This document shows positions 1 to 12,726 of a DNA stretch of 64,000 bases, piece by piece (position 1 is the stretch's first letter; each line of letters begins with the position of its first letter). Source of the stretch: Lytechinus pictus (Eukaryota); assembly GCF_037042905.1 (NCBI RefSeq), contig NC_087251.1, positions 35,590,001-35,654,000 on the forward strand. Reading direction: 5' to 3'. The notes under the pieces were generated by a model that saw only the letters and a program-made list of their open reading frames with translations, was not told where the DNA came from and did no database searches. Both the position numbers and the translations under genes were made by a program.

Positions 1-1331
1 CCCCCAAACGTGCCCAACATACTGCATTAGAAGGTGTCTGGTAGGGAGGCAGTCTCATATCTGACGGGAGCTCGCTTCTAAGCGTTTGAAATTGTATCAC
101 TTTACTTTGACCTTTCAAAGTGTTTTTCATATCTTTATTCATGAATAAGAGAAAGTGAGGTAGGTGCTCTCTTTCCATGTGAAATGTTTTCGAGGCATTC
201 TGATGCATATGGTAATCTAAGTTCGCTATTAATTTTTGTTCAGACAAAATAGCTCCTTCCTTTCAAAAGTAATGCGGGCAAATTGAGAACTATATCTGCT
301 TCAAAATGTTATTTGTTTTTAAGATTTATTTGTGGGATATTTCGTTCCATTACCTAAATTTACTAAGCAGTTATGAGCACTTTGCTTCATAATTTACGAG
401 ATGTGTAATAAGACTTGCTAGGTTTAAATTTTGCCAAAACTCATTTATGCCTAGAAGTTGATTCAAGAAAACATAGATGTTCCGGAAATTAACAAGTCCT
501 ATGTAATTTAACATTGGTAAACTGAAATAAAAGCTAAAGGTTGTGATTTCAAGTTACTGTCATTATGAAAACCTTTGATTCAGTCAATATACATTTGAAT
601 ATTATTGGGGACGTTTTCTGCTTAGCAACACACGGGCAAAAGACTTCGTTCCAAAGCAAACTTTGCATGCTCCGTGGTTCTAATTGTGACTTAAATTGTT
701 AATTAATCTGGAATGATATACTTAATTGGGGGCAAAGAACAAATTCAACATTCTCAAACTTGAATTCTCGAGTCATGCATAATTCTGAATACTGATGTAT
801 GGGCTAATTCATTGTTTGGCCAATTACTAGTACTTCTTTGACTACGGATGAGATTGCTGTAACGCTTGAATGGGACTCTTATTGTATGTGCGTGTTCCCT
901 TAGTGTGAGGAGATTTGGGGTTTCGTCTTGAGCACGCCAAGGCACCGGTTGCCATGGACGCGGCCCAATACAATAGCGACATCTGTAAACTTTTCTGCTG
1001 ACCCCAACCAGTGGGTCGTTTGCCTGCTACCCGATGTGTCGATAGTATACCAGTCTCGTTGTCTGCCCTCTCCTTTTATTTCTTTTTTATTATTCAATAA
1101 TCCATGTACTTTCAAAAACATGCTGCTCGCAGAGCGCATAAGCTTATCTTCATTTCATTACCATAATGAATAATCTCCCCACAAATTTATACATAGTACA
1201 TGTACGTTATATTTGAAGAGAGAAAAAAAATATATATATATGAAGAGAAAAAAGGGCACCGTTGTCTTCCATCATAATGTGTTAGTGTTTTAATCAAAGG
1301 ATATTTACCATACTATTTTGATGTTGTGGAG

Positions 1332-1594
1332 CAGTGGCGTACAGATGGGGGCTTAGGGGCGCTTGCCCCACCCCACCCCATTTTTTCTCGACCAAGAAAA
1401 AAAAAATTCTAAGGAAAGAGAGAAGGGTAAAATATGAAATTATTTTCTTAATTATTATGTAAAAAACTATCAAAAATTTGATTTTTATAATAAAAATGTC
1501 AAAATTTTTGCTCGCTCGCTTGCAACTTTCTATGAAATTTAGCCAAATAAGCCATAATCTAGCCCCCTCAAAATTTTGGCTCATTACGCTACTG
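1332..1594. mobile_element. hAT-like MITE (CAGTGGCGTA family)
   Basis: Termini CAGTGGCGTA...TACGCTACTG; flanks TTGTGGAG / TTGTGAAG give an 8-bp TSD with one mismatch; related sequence at ~3680 and 42100-42286. Confidence 0.7.
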
Positions 1595-4500
1595 TTGTGA
1601 AGCCCTAATTTTGAGACCATAATGGTTGTCAACTTGTGATTTGATTTCGCTTTGAAGGCGATGATATATTGTTGACCAACGTTTATTGTGTTTGTTGCCA
1701 TCCCCGGTTCGCATTGTCCGACGGGCCACTCTCCTTGTAAGACATTGATACAATGGCTGGTTGCTTGGTGCAAGGAGATCAATAGGAGTTGCCAGGGTTA
1801 AGGGGGCCGTCACACCTCAACGTTCTATAGCCAGCGTGTGCCCACGTACTGCACGCGTGACCAACCGTTTTCTACTTTAATCCAAATCCTTAAAACACGC
1901 ATTCCGTTCTTTATATCAATTTTCGCATTTTGTTAACTAACTCAAAATATCAAGAATTCAAATCATTTTTATGAAGAAACGTTTGCGTTGTTAACGGAAA
2001 CCATTGTTTTTATATCAAAACGGCCTGCCATTGCCCGGGGCCATTGCCTTCTTACGTCGGCATACGTAAACTGACTAAAACGTTCAGTGTGACAGTCCCC
2101 CTAGTAGCAGTGATCACTGGTCTCTGCTCGGTATAGGCTCTGGTGCTAAAGTCCTTTCACTGAACAAGTCGCATCTCTGTTTGTCAGTGGGAGGTATATA
2201 AACAAGACATGTATCCAATACAACCGAAGTGGCCTTATACTCCCACTCTGTTCTTAGTATCCACTTTGAGAGAAGAAAATGGGGGGAAACAATAATGTTA
2301 ATGAGTTCTAAATATAAGATTGTTAAGTTAGAAACAGTTCGGAGAAAAAGGATGAGTCATAATTTTAATAATAAGATGCTTAGATGGATTCCCGTTTTGT
2401 TTGATATTTTCTAAACGTTGTGATATATATAACGACTTTTTAATTACGAAAATCTAATTCTCCTAGAAAACATTCACGAAGGGAGGCACTGGTCGTTTAA
2501 TATCCTCGTAAAATTTGAAATTTCTTTTATATATTCTTCTATATAAATCATAATTTGATTGATTTCCGTGTGTTTTCTTCAGCCTATCACACCTTTGTGC
2601 CTGTACACTTTTTGTAGAGTGGAGATGTCCCCCCAAAAATAAGGATGACTGGGGAAGAAAAATTATACACAACAGACATTACGTCTATAAGATAACACAT
2701 ATTTATGTAACGTTTCTAATATCCAGTGGTTATTACAACATTATGTTTGTTTATTTAAAGTAAGTTCATTAAAAAAAATGTGTACGGTATTAAACGTGTT
2801 TCCTCTAATAAAGCAGCAGATCTTATCGTTCCAATGCATAACTAATGAAAAATATATATCTTCAGATAATTTGAAAATGATTTTGTATGTTAGGTTCACA
2901 GCTGTGTCGTCATGAGTCACATAATGAAGTTTTTTTTTAAGTCGTGAGCGAGCAAAAATTTAGGCGTTTTTAAAATACTGAAATTCTTATTTTCTGATAG
3001 ATTTGGACATTAAATTCAACAAATTTTGTATGTCATTTCATATTTCGCCTTTTCCCATTGCCTATTTCTTTCTTTTGCTCCTTTTTCTTCTTTTTGTCAT
3101 AGTCTTGGAACTTTTTTGAGGCAGATTCTCCCAAGCACCCCTCCCTCATCTGTAAGCCCGTGGTTCGAAGGAAAGATACATCCATAAACATGAATCAATT
3201 ATAAACATATCATTATGATGAAAGAAGTTAAATGACGATTGCTTTGAAAATGTTTCCATAATATCATCATAAACCAATTTACAATACACACGTTCAGCTA
3301 TATAGAGGCAAGGTGGAAGTGACTGAATTTACATATTTACTTAATACATTGAGCAGACATACAATCCTTTTCACACAGGTATTGTTTGAACTCTGTATCT
3401 ACTGAGGGGTTATGATCGTACCGAGAACATTGTACATCCCGATTCATCTGAGCATTGCTTGTATGCAGCACTCATAATCATAACTCATAAAAGGTTATCT
3501 CGAGTATGTATCTTCTTCCGGAGACTATCTCTGTTTAGCTAACGTCTTTGCCCTTTGTTGCGATAATAACTTATCAAAGCTCACATACCGGTACTATTGC
3601 CATTGTATTTTAGTTGGGCCAGAAAAAATATCGCTATACTATCAACCTCCACTTCCATCCTTGTCTCTACCACCATATTACAGGCGTACAGATGGGGGAT
3701 ATAGAACCAAAAAAAAAAAATTAACGACTACGAAAAAAAAGAAAAAGAAAGGGAATAAACAGAAAAAGGGTGAAATATAATATCATGTGATGACTGTCGG
3801 ATGACTGTAAACATGGTAACGGGCAAACTTTTTGCTCTATAAGCGCATTATTGGGGGTGTACGCGATGCCAGCCTGCAAGAAGGAAAAACAAGTGGGGCT
3901 GGTATGAACGAGGGGTTAGTATTTATCCAGATTTCAACGACCAATGGCAGGCTGAATAAAAATCGCTGATATAAAAATTTAAGTTGAATTATCATGTTTA
4001 TGGAAGCAAGTCATTCATTACTTCGTGGGACATATACTATATACGGGATCCAGAATAGGGGTACAATTTTCAATTTCGCGATTACTGTGCTCTTCAGAAT
4101 GATCTTATGTGTTATTTAACTTTAAATTTCATGTTTAATCATAATTATAATCTGTTATCTCGAGAGTGTGTTAGTTATATTAAATCCCCAGCATGTATCA
4201 TATAGGCTAGATACATGTATATTCATTCTAATGAAATACAGTAGGAATGGTCATAGTCAAGCCAAATGAGCCAATAAATTTGAGGGGCGAATTATGGGGT
4301 AGGCCTATGTGGAAAAGTTTCTGGGAAAAAATCGCTTGCAAGCGGTATGTGGGGGCTTTTTAAGATGAAATTTTAATTTGGTGATATATTTTAACGTAGT
4401 ATTTAACAAATACTATGTCATTTCAACCTCTCCCTTTAATTTCCTTTCTCTTTTTTCCTCCTTTTTTTCTTTTGGAGGGTGTGAAAATGCTGGGGCCAGA

Positions 4501-6785
4501 GCTCCCAAGCCCCCCCCCCCCCTCATCTATAATCCAGTGGCTTCGCCTTAAATGTATACATGTGATAAGGAGGGAGTACATCAGACCAAGGCGTTAATTA
4601 AGCGTTGTCATTTTGGTTGATCCCACCTCTTTCCCTCATTTTACATCAAGCCCCTAATGCCCGATCAAAAGGCAGATCACCCATACTAAATCAGTGACCA
4701 TACACAAAAAATTAACCCTATTAGATTTACAATCAATATCAATTTCAAGCACACGTGCATGATGTAGCCTATAAAACTGGAATATAATTTATTTAACCTT
4801 TATAATCCAACAATAAAGTGATAATTCAACAACAACAACAACAGCAAATTTATAATGTTACCGGGGTAGTGTTCTTGTTTACATATTGATTTGACTACGC
4901 TTCACCAGACTTGACACTTTGATAATGTCATTCTAATGACATTCTAATCGAATCACCAAACAGCTTTGTTTGCTAGACACTTCATGTCGGTGCTATGCAA
5001 GGTAAATCTTCTTTTTTTAAATATGAATTCATATGCACTAAAATCATTCTTTTCTCAGAATCTGTATATTATGTGATCATTTAAAAAAATGACCACCTTC
5101 CCGCCATAATTTTAAACACATCACAAGTGGGTGACACGACATATGCTTCTGCGACATTTCCTCTGCTCTTAATATCTCAGAGGACATAGGGTTAGAGTTA
5201 GGATTGTAAGAGGTTTTTTGTTCAGAATAATGTAAAGATAAGAATTAGGGTTTATTTAGTTTTAGAGGTTAGGTTTTGTTTGACTTAACGTGCAGATTTT
5301 CCATCTGATGAATTGTCGCCGGAGTAACTGTCATGGAATCCTCAAGAGTGCCCCATCTCAATGCCCATCCATGGCATAAGAAACCTGTATGCTAAAAACA
5401 CACCTCGTTGAAAACAAATGTTCTGAATGTTCGGTGTGCATTTATTCATGAGGCAGATCGGATGACGACACCTTTAGACACACTACATGTAGACCTACGT
5501 TTCTCGGCGGGGGGGGGGGGGGGGGGTCTTAAAATGAAAGGTTAACCCGACAGAATAGGCAAGAAGGTGCAATTGCTTGGATATTCTTTAAAGAGTGTTT
5601 AATTCTTTCGACTTCAAATCCCTAACGAATATTTGGTTGAGGAGGATCTTTATTTTTAATAATTTTAGAATCTGCCTTTCATGTGAGTTTTTACCCCGAG
5701 ACTTTATCTCAATTTTTAATGATGTAATATCAGTTACTTCACCTTTTTTCATCTTTCAAATATAAAGATTTTATAAATCTTCTAATCGATCGATAATTTT
5801 CCGATAATGAATCAACTCAGAGTAGAAATGGTAAGTGGAAAGATACAAAGATGTAGTGCGAGTCCAATGTAGGTTTTCTCGGGTCACTTTAAACCAAAGC
5901 CAATTACTAAGTATTTATTCTGATTGGTATAATGTTACATATCTACCCTTTTTTCTGTGTTGCGTTTTAATTACCATTGCCTCAGAAATAGATATCCACA
6001 ATCTATATATTTTCTTGTAGATGTTCAGTTCAATTCCTTCTTTCACAATTTATTTTTTTCCACTCGTTTCCATTGACATTTGTTTTCTTCCAGTCAGAAA
6101 TAACAAGCGCTATAAACTTAAGGGGCTTTAATAATTGCTCAAGCGATCGTTTGCGATCATTTGGTCACAATTATGTTGCACACAATTGCAATGGTTGTAA
6201 GCAGTCACAGCAACAATACATTATTGTGAAAGGGGTCTTATATAGGTATTCGTTATATGTATCGCGGTTATGTAATTTTCATGGCAATTTCGTAAGTCTG
6301 AAATGATAGATACTCGTTATCGTTCGATCACAATGATCATTTCGGGTAAAATTTGTTTTCATTCAGCGGATATGGGGGAGGGGCGCTGCCCTCCTGGAGA
6401 AGTCAATCCAAAATAATGTCGGATCCCCCTCCCCCAGCGTCAAGGGGGTGTGACTGGGGTGACGATTACTATTTTTTGCGGGGTTGCTCCTTTTTGGTCG
6501 CCCCGACTGGTCAGACCTGTTAAACAATTTTTTTTCTCTGAGTAGGCCAACATTATTTTCAGTATTTTCAACAATCGGTGTTCATTACTAAAATAACAAT
6601 ACCGTTTTCAATATTTTTATGGGCTAATTCACTTGTATTTTTTTCATTGCAGTGGATGTAGCAAACTGACCTTGCAACAGACGTGCTCGACCAACAGTAG
6701 TTTCAAGCAAAACCCACATTACCTTTCAGCTTCGAGATATAAACTTATTTCGGCTAAAACATAATACCTCGATTCCAGAAGCAGA

Positions 6786-9700
6786 ATGGCAAATCTGAAA
6801 CAGGTGAATTACGATGCAAGTGAAGACTTTCCTGATTTTACTGGACATCACAGTCTTCTGGCCAAATACTGCACTCAGGACATTTATAAGAAACTCCGTG
6901 ATGTTCAGACACCTTCTGGGTACACAATTGACAGGTCTATCCAAAATGGCGTCGACAATCCAGGTTAGAAGATGATTTTTTTTCCCACTAAAATAATTTG
7001 AGGTATATTTTAGCAATAATGATTTGTTCCCATGATTGGTTCCAATGAGAATCATATCTGACAGAAATGAGCGTTTTAATTTGTGATTATTACACTGATT
7101 AGTATTGTTCTTTTGCCATTATTTCATCAGAACAGTATAGTCATGTCGACTAAACTGAATATGGGCTATCCATCCGTTTTGCATTTTTTGTGTTTTTTAT
7201 ACGGAAAATAAATACTATACTATATCTGCGTTATTTCTATAATTACTACCAGTGTTATAATTATCATTGTGATTATTATTTTAACCGTTATTTCCATTAT
7301 CATTGTCATAATCACCATTATTATTTCCATGATTATTATATATAATAATGGTAGTAATAACTAAGTAATTCTATTCCTGCATATGACCCAGGACGATTAT
7401 AATCGTCTTGGGTCATATGCAGGAATAGAATTACTTCAGCAAAAGGGAGAATGGTTTAAAACATTTAAAGACATAATTACTATTTCGTTGATGGTATATT
7501 AAATAGTATATTCAATATTCAATTTGTGAAAGTTTTGAATTTCATTGTGTTTTATGAATATAATATTATTTTCTCCTCGTGCGATTTGTTTTTCTTTGTA
7601 GATTTCCATGTAGGTATTCTTGCCGGGGATGAAGAATGCTATACAGTATTTGCTGAGCTTTTTGATAAGGTCATCGATGAGTATCACAACGGCTTCAAAA
7701 CAACAGGTAAAAATGTCATAACGATTTTTTACTTATATGCTTTGAAAATAATACATGATTTCACAAAAACACCAATAAAATTTTTGAATAATTCATTTTT
7801 ATTGTTAAATCAAACGATGCCCGAATCCTTGTTAATGGAGGCATAGTCCTCGTATTACAAGAAACTTGTCGATTTTCGCAACTAAATTGCTACTTTGTAT
7901 TTAAAAATATGCTAGATCTCTAAATAGTGCATTGTCCTATTTTATTTTATTTCTGAATAATCGTTGATTTCTAAAAATTTTACATTTAAATTTTGTAAAA
8001 TAAAGACAATTAAAATACACCAGAAGTTTTATCTTCACGTCTTGCAATTGTACTACACATATAGTGAATTTTATCAAAATTTGTTTGTAATGAATGCATT
8101 CAGGTTTTTAGCTGCGGCATGTAAGATGTTAAATAAACCTTGTAATGAATTGAGTTGAAATAAAATAACATGAAAAGGTCCTGTATGGATTAGAATGGAA
8201 TGAAATTAAATGGAATGGCATGGAATGGAATGGAATGACATGAAATGAATCGAAAGAGAATGGAATGAAGTAAATGAAATGGAAATGAAATAAAATGAAA
8301 TGAAACGAAATTCTATGAAATGTTCTCTTTTTCTTTTTGTTCCTCCAGACAACCATAAAACTGATTTGGACCCGTCTAAGCTTGAAGGTGGACAGCTTGA
8401 TGATGACTATGTGGTCAGCTCTCGAATCAGGACCGGTCGTAATATCAGAGGTTTCGCTCTTTCACCTCACATCGCTAGGTGCGAGAGACGCAAGGTCGAA
8501 AAATTAGTTTCAGAAGGTGAGCCAAAACATCGCTTCATCCGTTTCATAAAAAGCAAATAACAATATTTCTTTTCACATCGACGCATTTAGATATGTTTAG
8601 TGTTATTTTAGAACAAATTAAGTTATCGTCTTCCTCAGAAATACAATGAATATACAATTCTTTCTTAGCTTTCGATTAGTTTTCTCATACTCCGATGACT
8701 ATTCTTTTGTTTTGACAATTGCTATACTAATTTTGTGCTTTGGGGGTGATTTTTTTTTCGTGAAATTGCGATAACTCTAGGTGTTTTTCAGATAGGCAAG
8801 TCCTCACAGATTATGCTTATTCTCCACTCCTTGGTTACTCTAGCAATAACCATTATTAATGCTAATTTGAATATTCATTATCTTATTCTTTCATTTTCTT
8901 TTTTCTTGACAGCCCTGTGTTCGTTGTCTGATGAGTTCGAGGGTAAATATTACTCACTATTAACAATGACACCAGAGGACCAACAGCAGTTGATTGATGA
9001 TCACTTCCTGTTTGAGAAACCCGTCTCACGTCACTTCCAGAGCGGTGGTATGGCCAGGGATTTCCCCGATGGGCGTGGCATCTGGTAGGTGTCCAATCCT
9101 CATCGAGGATCGCAGTCGATCCAGATTGAGATGGTGTTTTCGTTCCACGATGCATGATGGATTCGAGAACATACACTGTAAAAACTGTGGTGTTAAAACT
9201 GACACCAGTTGGTGTTAACAGAGGACCACGCCCAGAGGTGTTAAAATTACACCCCAGAGATTGAACATAACACCAAAGAGTGTAAATGTAACAACCAAAT
9301 GTGTTGTAATATCACCTATAGGTGTTAAACTAACACTGTAAATTAAACTGGTGTGTCCTCTATGTACACCGGTTAACACCACAGTTTTTGCTGTGTAGAA
9401 ATGCCCTTCATGACAATGAACAACCAAGGAGTCCTTTTAGGAAATTGGTGAATCATAGCAGCCTTTTCGTCCTGGACTTTTTAACAAACGACATATTTTG
9501 CAATTTTTGTACGCTTCGAAACTTTTCCGAAACTGTTGTTCCGGTTCACCAATATTCGACAAAGACCTCCCAGCTGTTTATTGACATTTGACGGGCATTT
9601 TCAATGCATTTATTGCGTTCTTGAACTTTTCTCTCTTTCGTTCTATAGTCACACCGGCGAAACAGACTCCTAGCCGATCAAAGATATTACGCTTTTTCTA

Positions 9701-12700
9701 ATGGAATATCATCGGTCGGTTTGGAGTCGGTTTCGTTAGTGTAACTGCAGCATAAACTCGACCCTATCTGTGAGGGTGTGTTCAACACTTAATGAAAGCC
9801 CAAAATGACGTCACTTTAACTTTCTGTTTTTATATCACTCTGAACTAATTTATTCATATCTGAAAACGAATCCTAATCAGAATTCCTGTCAATGTGAGAA
9901 ATTATATTTGTTTAAACTGCCATAAATTTGTCATTTTACACCAACTTGTAATATCTAGATATTCATCTGATATGGTTTCTATACAAATTTAGGTTGAATT
10001 TCTTCATAGATTTTAGAAAACTTAGAGTAAATCGTATATGGATTTATATGTACTGAAAAATTACACTAATAAATTTCGATGGGAATTCGATTAATTTTAC
10101 CTCGTTTACAATTACTTGTTCATGAATACTACGAGCATATTTGCGATGGGAAATGCCCGAACAAAGATTATTGTCCGTATTCTAGAATTAATCGCTTTGT
10201 TGTGTTACTATTGCTAGGCACAATTCCAACAAGACGTTTTTGGTTTGGATTAACGAGGAAGATCAAACACGTATCATCTCTATGCAGAAGGGCGGTAATA
10301 TGAAGGCGGTCTTTGAGAGGTTCTGCTCTGGTCTAAGCCAGGTGAGTCGTCCAGCGATTAATCGCTAATATGAAAGAAGAATTCTGATTCGTTCCTAGTC
10401 AGTCTACTGGGCAAAACGCGCATGCAACAATGATCTTGATAGGACATTTCATTTAGTAGCTCTAACCTCTGTGTTACGGGACCCTGATCCTTCTAATTCA
10501 GGGCCCGAACATCGAGTCTCGAAACATTCTCAGATTCTCATTTAAAAAAAGTCATGTTGTGTTATGACATTTTAGATATTTGTATTCGAATATTATCAAG
10601 AAATTTTGAAAGAAATTCATATTGTTATAGGCGAACTTTGAAATATGTGATGACATGGTGTCGGCAAAGTTTTAATTTTGGGCTTTTGATAAGGAAGGTA
10701 TCAAGTTCGTCCTCGTTTCTTGGGTATAATGAGTAATGTTGGAGGGCAAATGTGATCTTTAAAGAAAGTCATAACAGTCGTCAACTTTCTTTAACTATAT
10801 ATTTTTGGATCCATATGCGTTAGGACGAAAGGTTATTCGTTCATATGATTGTTCCTTGAACATCTTTAAAATTGTGCCATCGTTCTGAATAAGGTAGGTC
10901 TATGAATAAATAGTTCTATGAGTAATATTAATGATGTTCTTTATACCGGACATCCTACGATCAGCTCAGGGTTACTGTACGATTGACGGTCAGCGTCGGG
11001 CATTGTACGATCTGCGAATAGCTTCTGTATAACTTTGTCTTTGGGCCACCTTCACACAAGAAATAATAATGTTAAAACAAGAATCGTATCCCGTAGCCAT
11101 CTACGATGTCACATAATCGTAGACTAATCCATCGTACGAAGATCGTAACAATTGTAAACGAAGCATTATTGATGTTCTTTGTACCGTCTCGACTGTTCTT
11201 CATACTCTAGGTTGAGGGTAAGATCAAGGAACAAGGGAAGGAGTTCATGTGGAACGAACATCTTGGATTCATTCTGACCTGTCCTACAAACCTCGGTACT
11301 GGTGTCCGATGCAGTGTTCACGTAAGGATTCCAAACCTTGCCAAGGATGAGAGGTGCAAGGCCATCATGGGAGCTCTACGTCTACAAATGCGTGGCACAA
11401 GTAAGTCACCAAATGTATCAAGGATACATTTTTTAATAATAATCTGTATTGAACATTTCGTTTATGCTTTTTTTATTTTTTACGGGTATAAGGGTAAAGT
11501 GAAAAGCTTGAGTTTCCCACGTTTCCGATCAGACATATGAATCATAATCCCCTTTTTTGTCAGATTTGAGGATTCTGGTGATGAACTGTCCTTCCGCCAC
11601 ATCTGTTCATTCATAGTCAACTTATCGATACTTTATAAAAACTTAGGAGTGTTTCATCAACATTTGAATTTGACAAGTTGTCTGATCTGACAATTTGCTT
11701 AGGTTGTTATATCGCACATTTCTTATTGCAACTATCAGATAAAAATACCCGACTAGTCCTTTTATGAAATGTTCCCCGGATTTATCTTTGTTGTGGATCA
11801 TCAAGATATTTCAAAATCTTTATAAGAGTTCCTCGCAGTGAACCAAATTTCTTCTCCAACAATATTCAAGAAGGTAGATTTCTAACATAGCGTGTCCCTT
11901 TTTCTTTGAACACATCCAGGTGGTGAGTTCACCGAGGGTGTTGGAGGCGTCTACGACATCTCCAACCTGGACAGACTGGGAACATCCGAAGTCCAACAGG
12001 TTCAGTGTGTGATCGATGGTGTCACTACCATTATCAACATGGAGAAGAAGTTGGAGAAAGGGGAGCCCATCGATGATCTTCTACCAGGGTGAGGAACTCC
12101 ACAGTTTTCTCTTAATGGTCGAAGGGAAGCCCAACTTTGGGAACCGTTGCATGGAAGTTACCAACATGGTAACTTTGTTATCCAATGGTAACTTGCATGG
12201 AATCCTTGATTTTGATTGGCTTTTGTTCAGCGTTACCATGGTCGTTACCACTGGATTGCAAAGTTACCATAATGGTAGCGTTTATGCCACGGTGTCCAGA
12301 TTGCAAGTCCTTCTGAAGAATTATGAGAAGTCGAAGAAGCTAAATAACTAAATAAGCATAATATTAGTTTAACATAAAGGAATCTTAATCATTGACATCG
12401 TTTGTAAAAGTTACTCGCAATCGACCCCCTATATTCTAACTTAAAAAGATATCCATCTTTTCCAATTGACATGGGCCGTGAAACGAATTTGAAGTGAGGG
12501 AACTGAACCAAAAATGGGGCGGGAATTTATTTGATAAAATCCCTAATTGTTGAATTTTGAATTTTTGAATTTCAGAAACACTGAGAAGGTTAAGGAGGAG
12601 CAAGAGCAAGCAGCGAAGAAAGCGGCAGAAGAGAAAGCTGCGGCAGCCAAGCCCGCCACCAGCGAAGGCGCTGCATCAAGTGAAGAGAAACCAAAGAAGA

Positions 12701-12726
12701 AATCATCGACGTGTACCGTGTTGTAA
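6786..12726 (+). CDS. AK: Arginine kinase, echinoderm (creatine-kinase-derived) type; long form 418 aa with C-terminal CAAX, possible short form 369 aa ending at 12092
   Basis: Exons 6786-6963, 7602-7706, 8349-8516, 8913-9084, 10218-10341, 11211-11400, 11920-12088, 12576-12726; all GT-AG and in phase. Phosphagen kinase motifs [51 protein letters not shown]. The short specificity loop (DNPDFHVG), Tyr in DEYHNG and N-terminus MANLKQ match the echinoderm AK pattern as recalled. A 5' UTR acceptor lies at 6652. Confidence 0.93.
7363..7436. repeat. 74-bp loopless palindrome in an AK intron
   Basis: Arms 7363-7399 and 7400-7436 are reverse complements except one G/T position. Confidence 0.9.
8190..8312. 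repeat. Degenerate (GGAAT/GAAAT)n pentamer microsatellite
   Basis: Seen directly, just upstream of the acceptor at 8348. Confidence 0.85.
9174..9395. mobile_element. MITE with CAC...GTG termini and TA flanks
   Basis: CACTGTAAAAACTGTGGTGTTAA ... TTAACACCACAGTTTTTGCTGTG, with TA on both sides and internal GGTGTTAA/AACACC subrepeats. Confidence 0.75.
9644..9751. mobile_element. Short palindromic MITE; related copy at ~13382-13490
   Basis: AGTCACACCGGCGAAACAGACTCC...GGAGTCGGTTTCGTTAGTGTAACT is an imperfect inverted repeat; a similar element lies 3' of AK. Confidence 0.55.
12135..12298. mobile_element. Degenerate palindromic MITE in the last AK intron
   Basis: TGGGAACCGTTGCAT ... ATGCCACGGTGTCCA imperfect TIR with GTTACCA/TGGTAAC subrepeats. 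Confidence 0.5.

Noticed and set aside
754..1813. Several short ORFs near the window start
   Set aside because: No recognisable protein motif or consistent exon chain; one crosses a MITE.
4769..5001. TATA box and non-coding first exon of AK (donor CAAG|GTAAAT)
   Set aside because: Plausible but indistinguishable from chance without transcript data.
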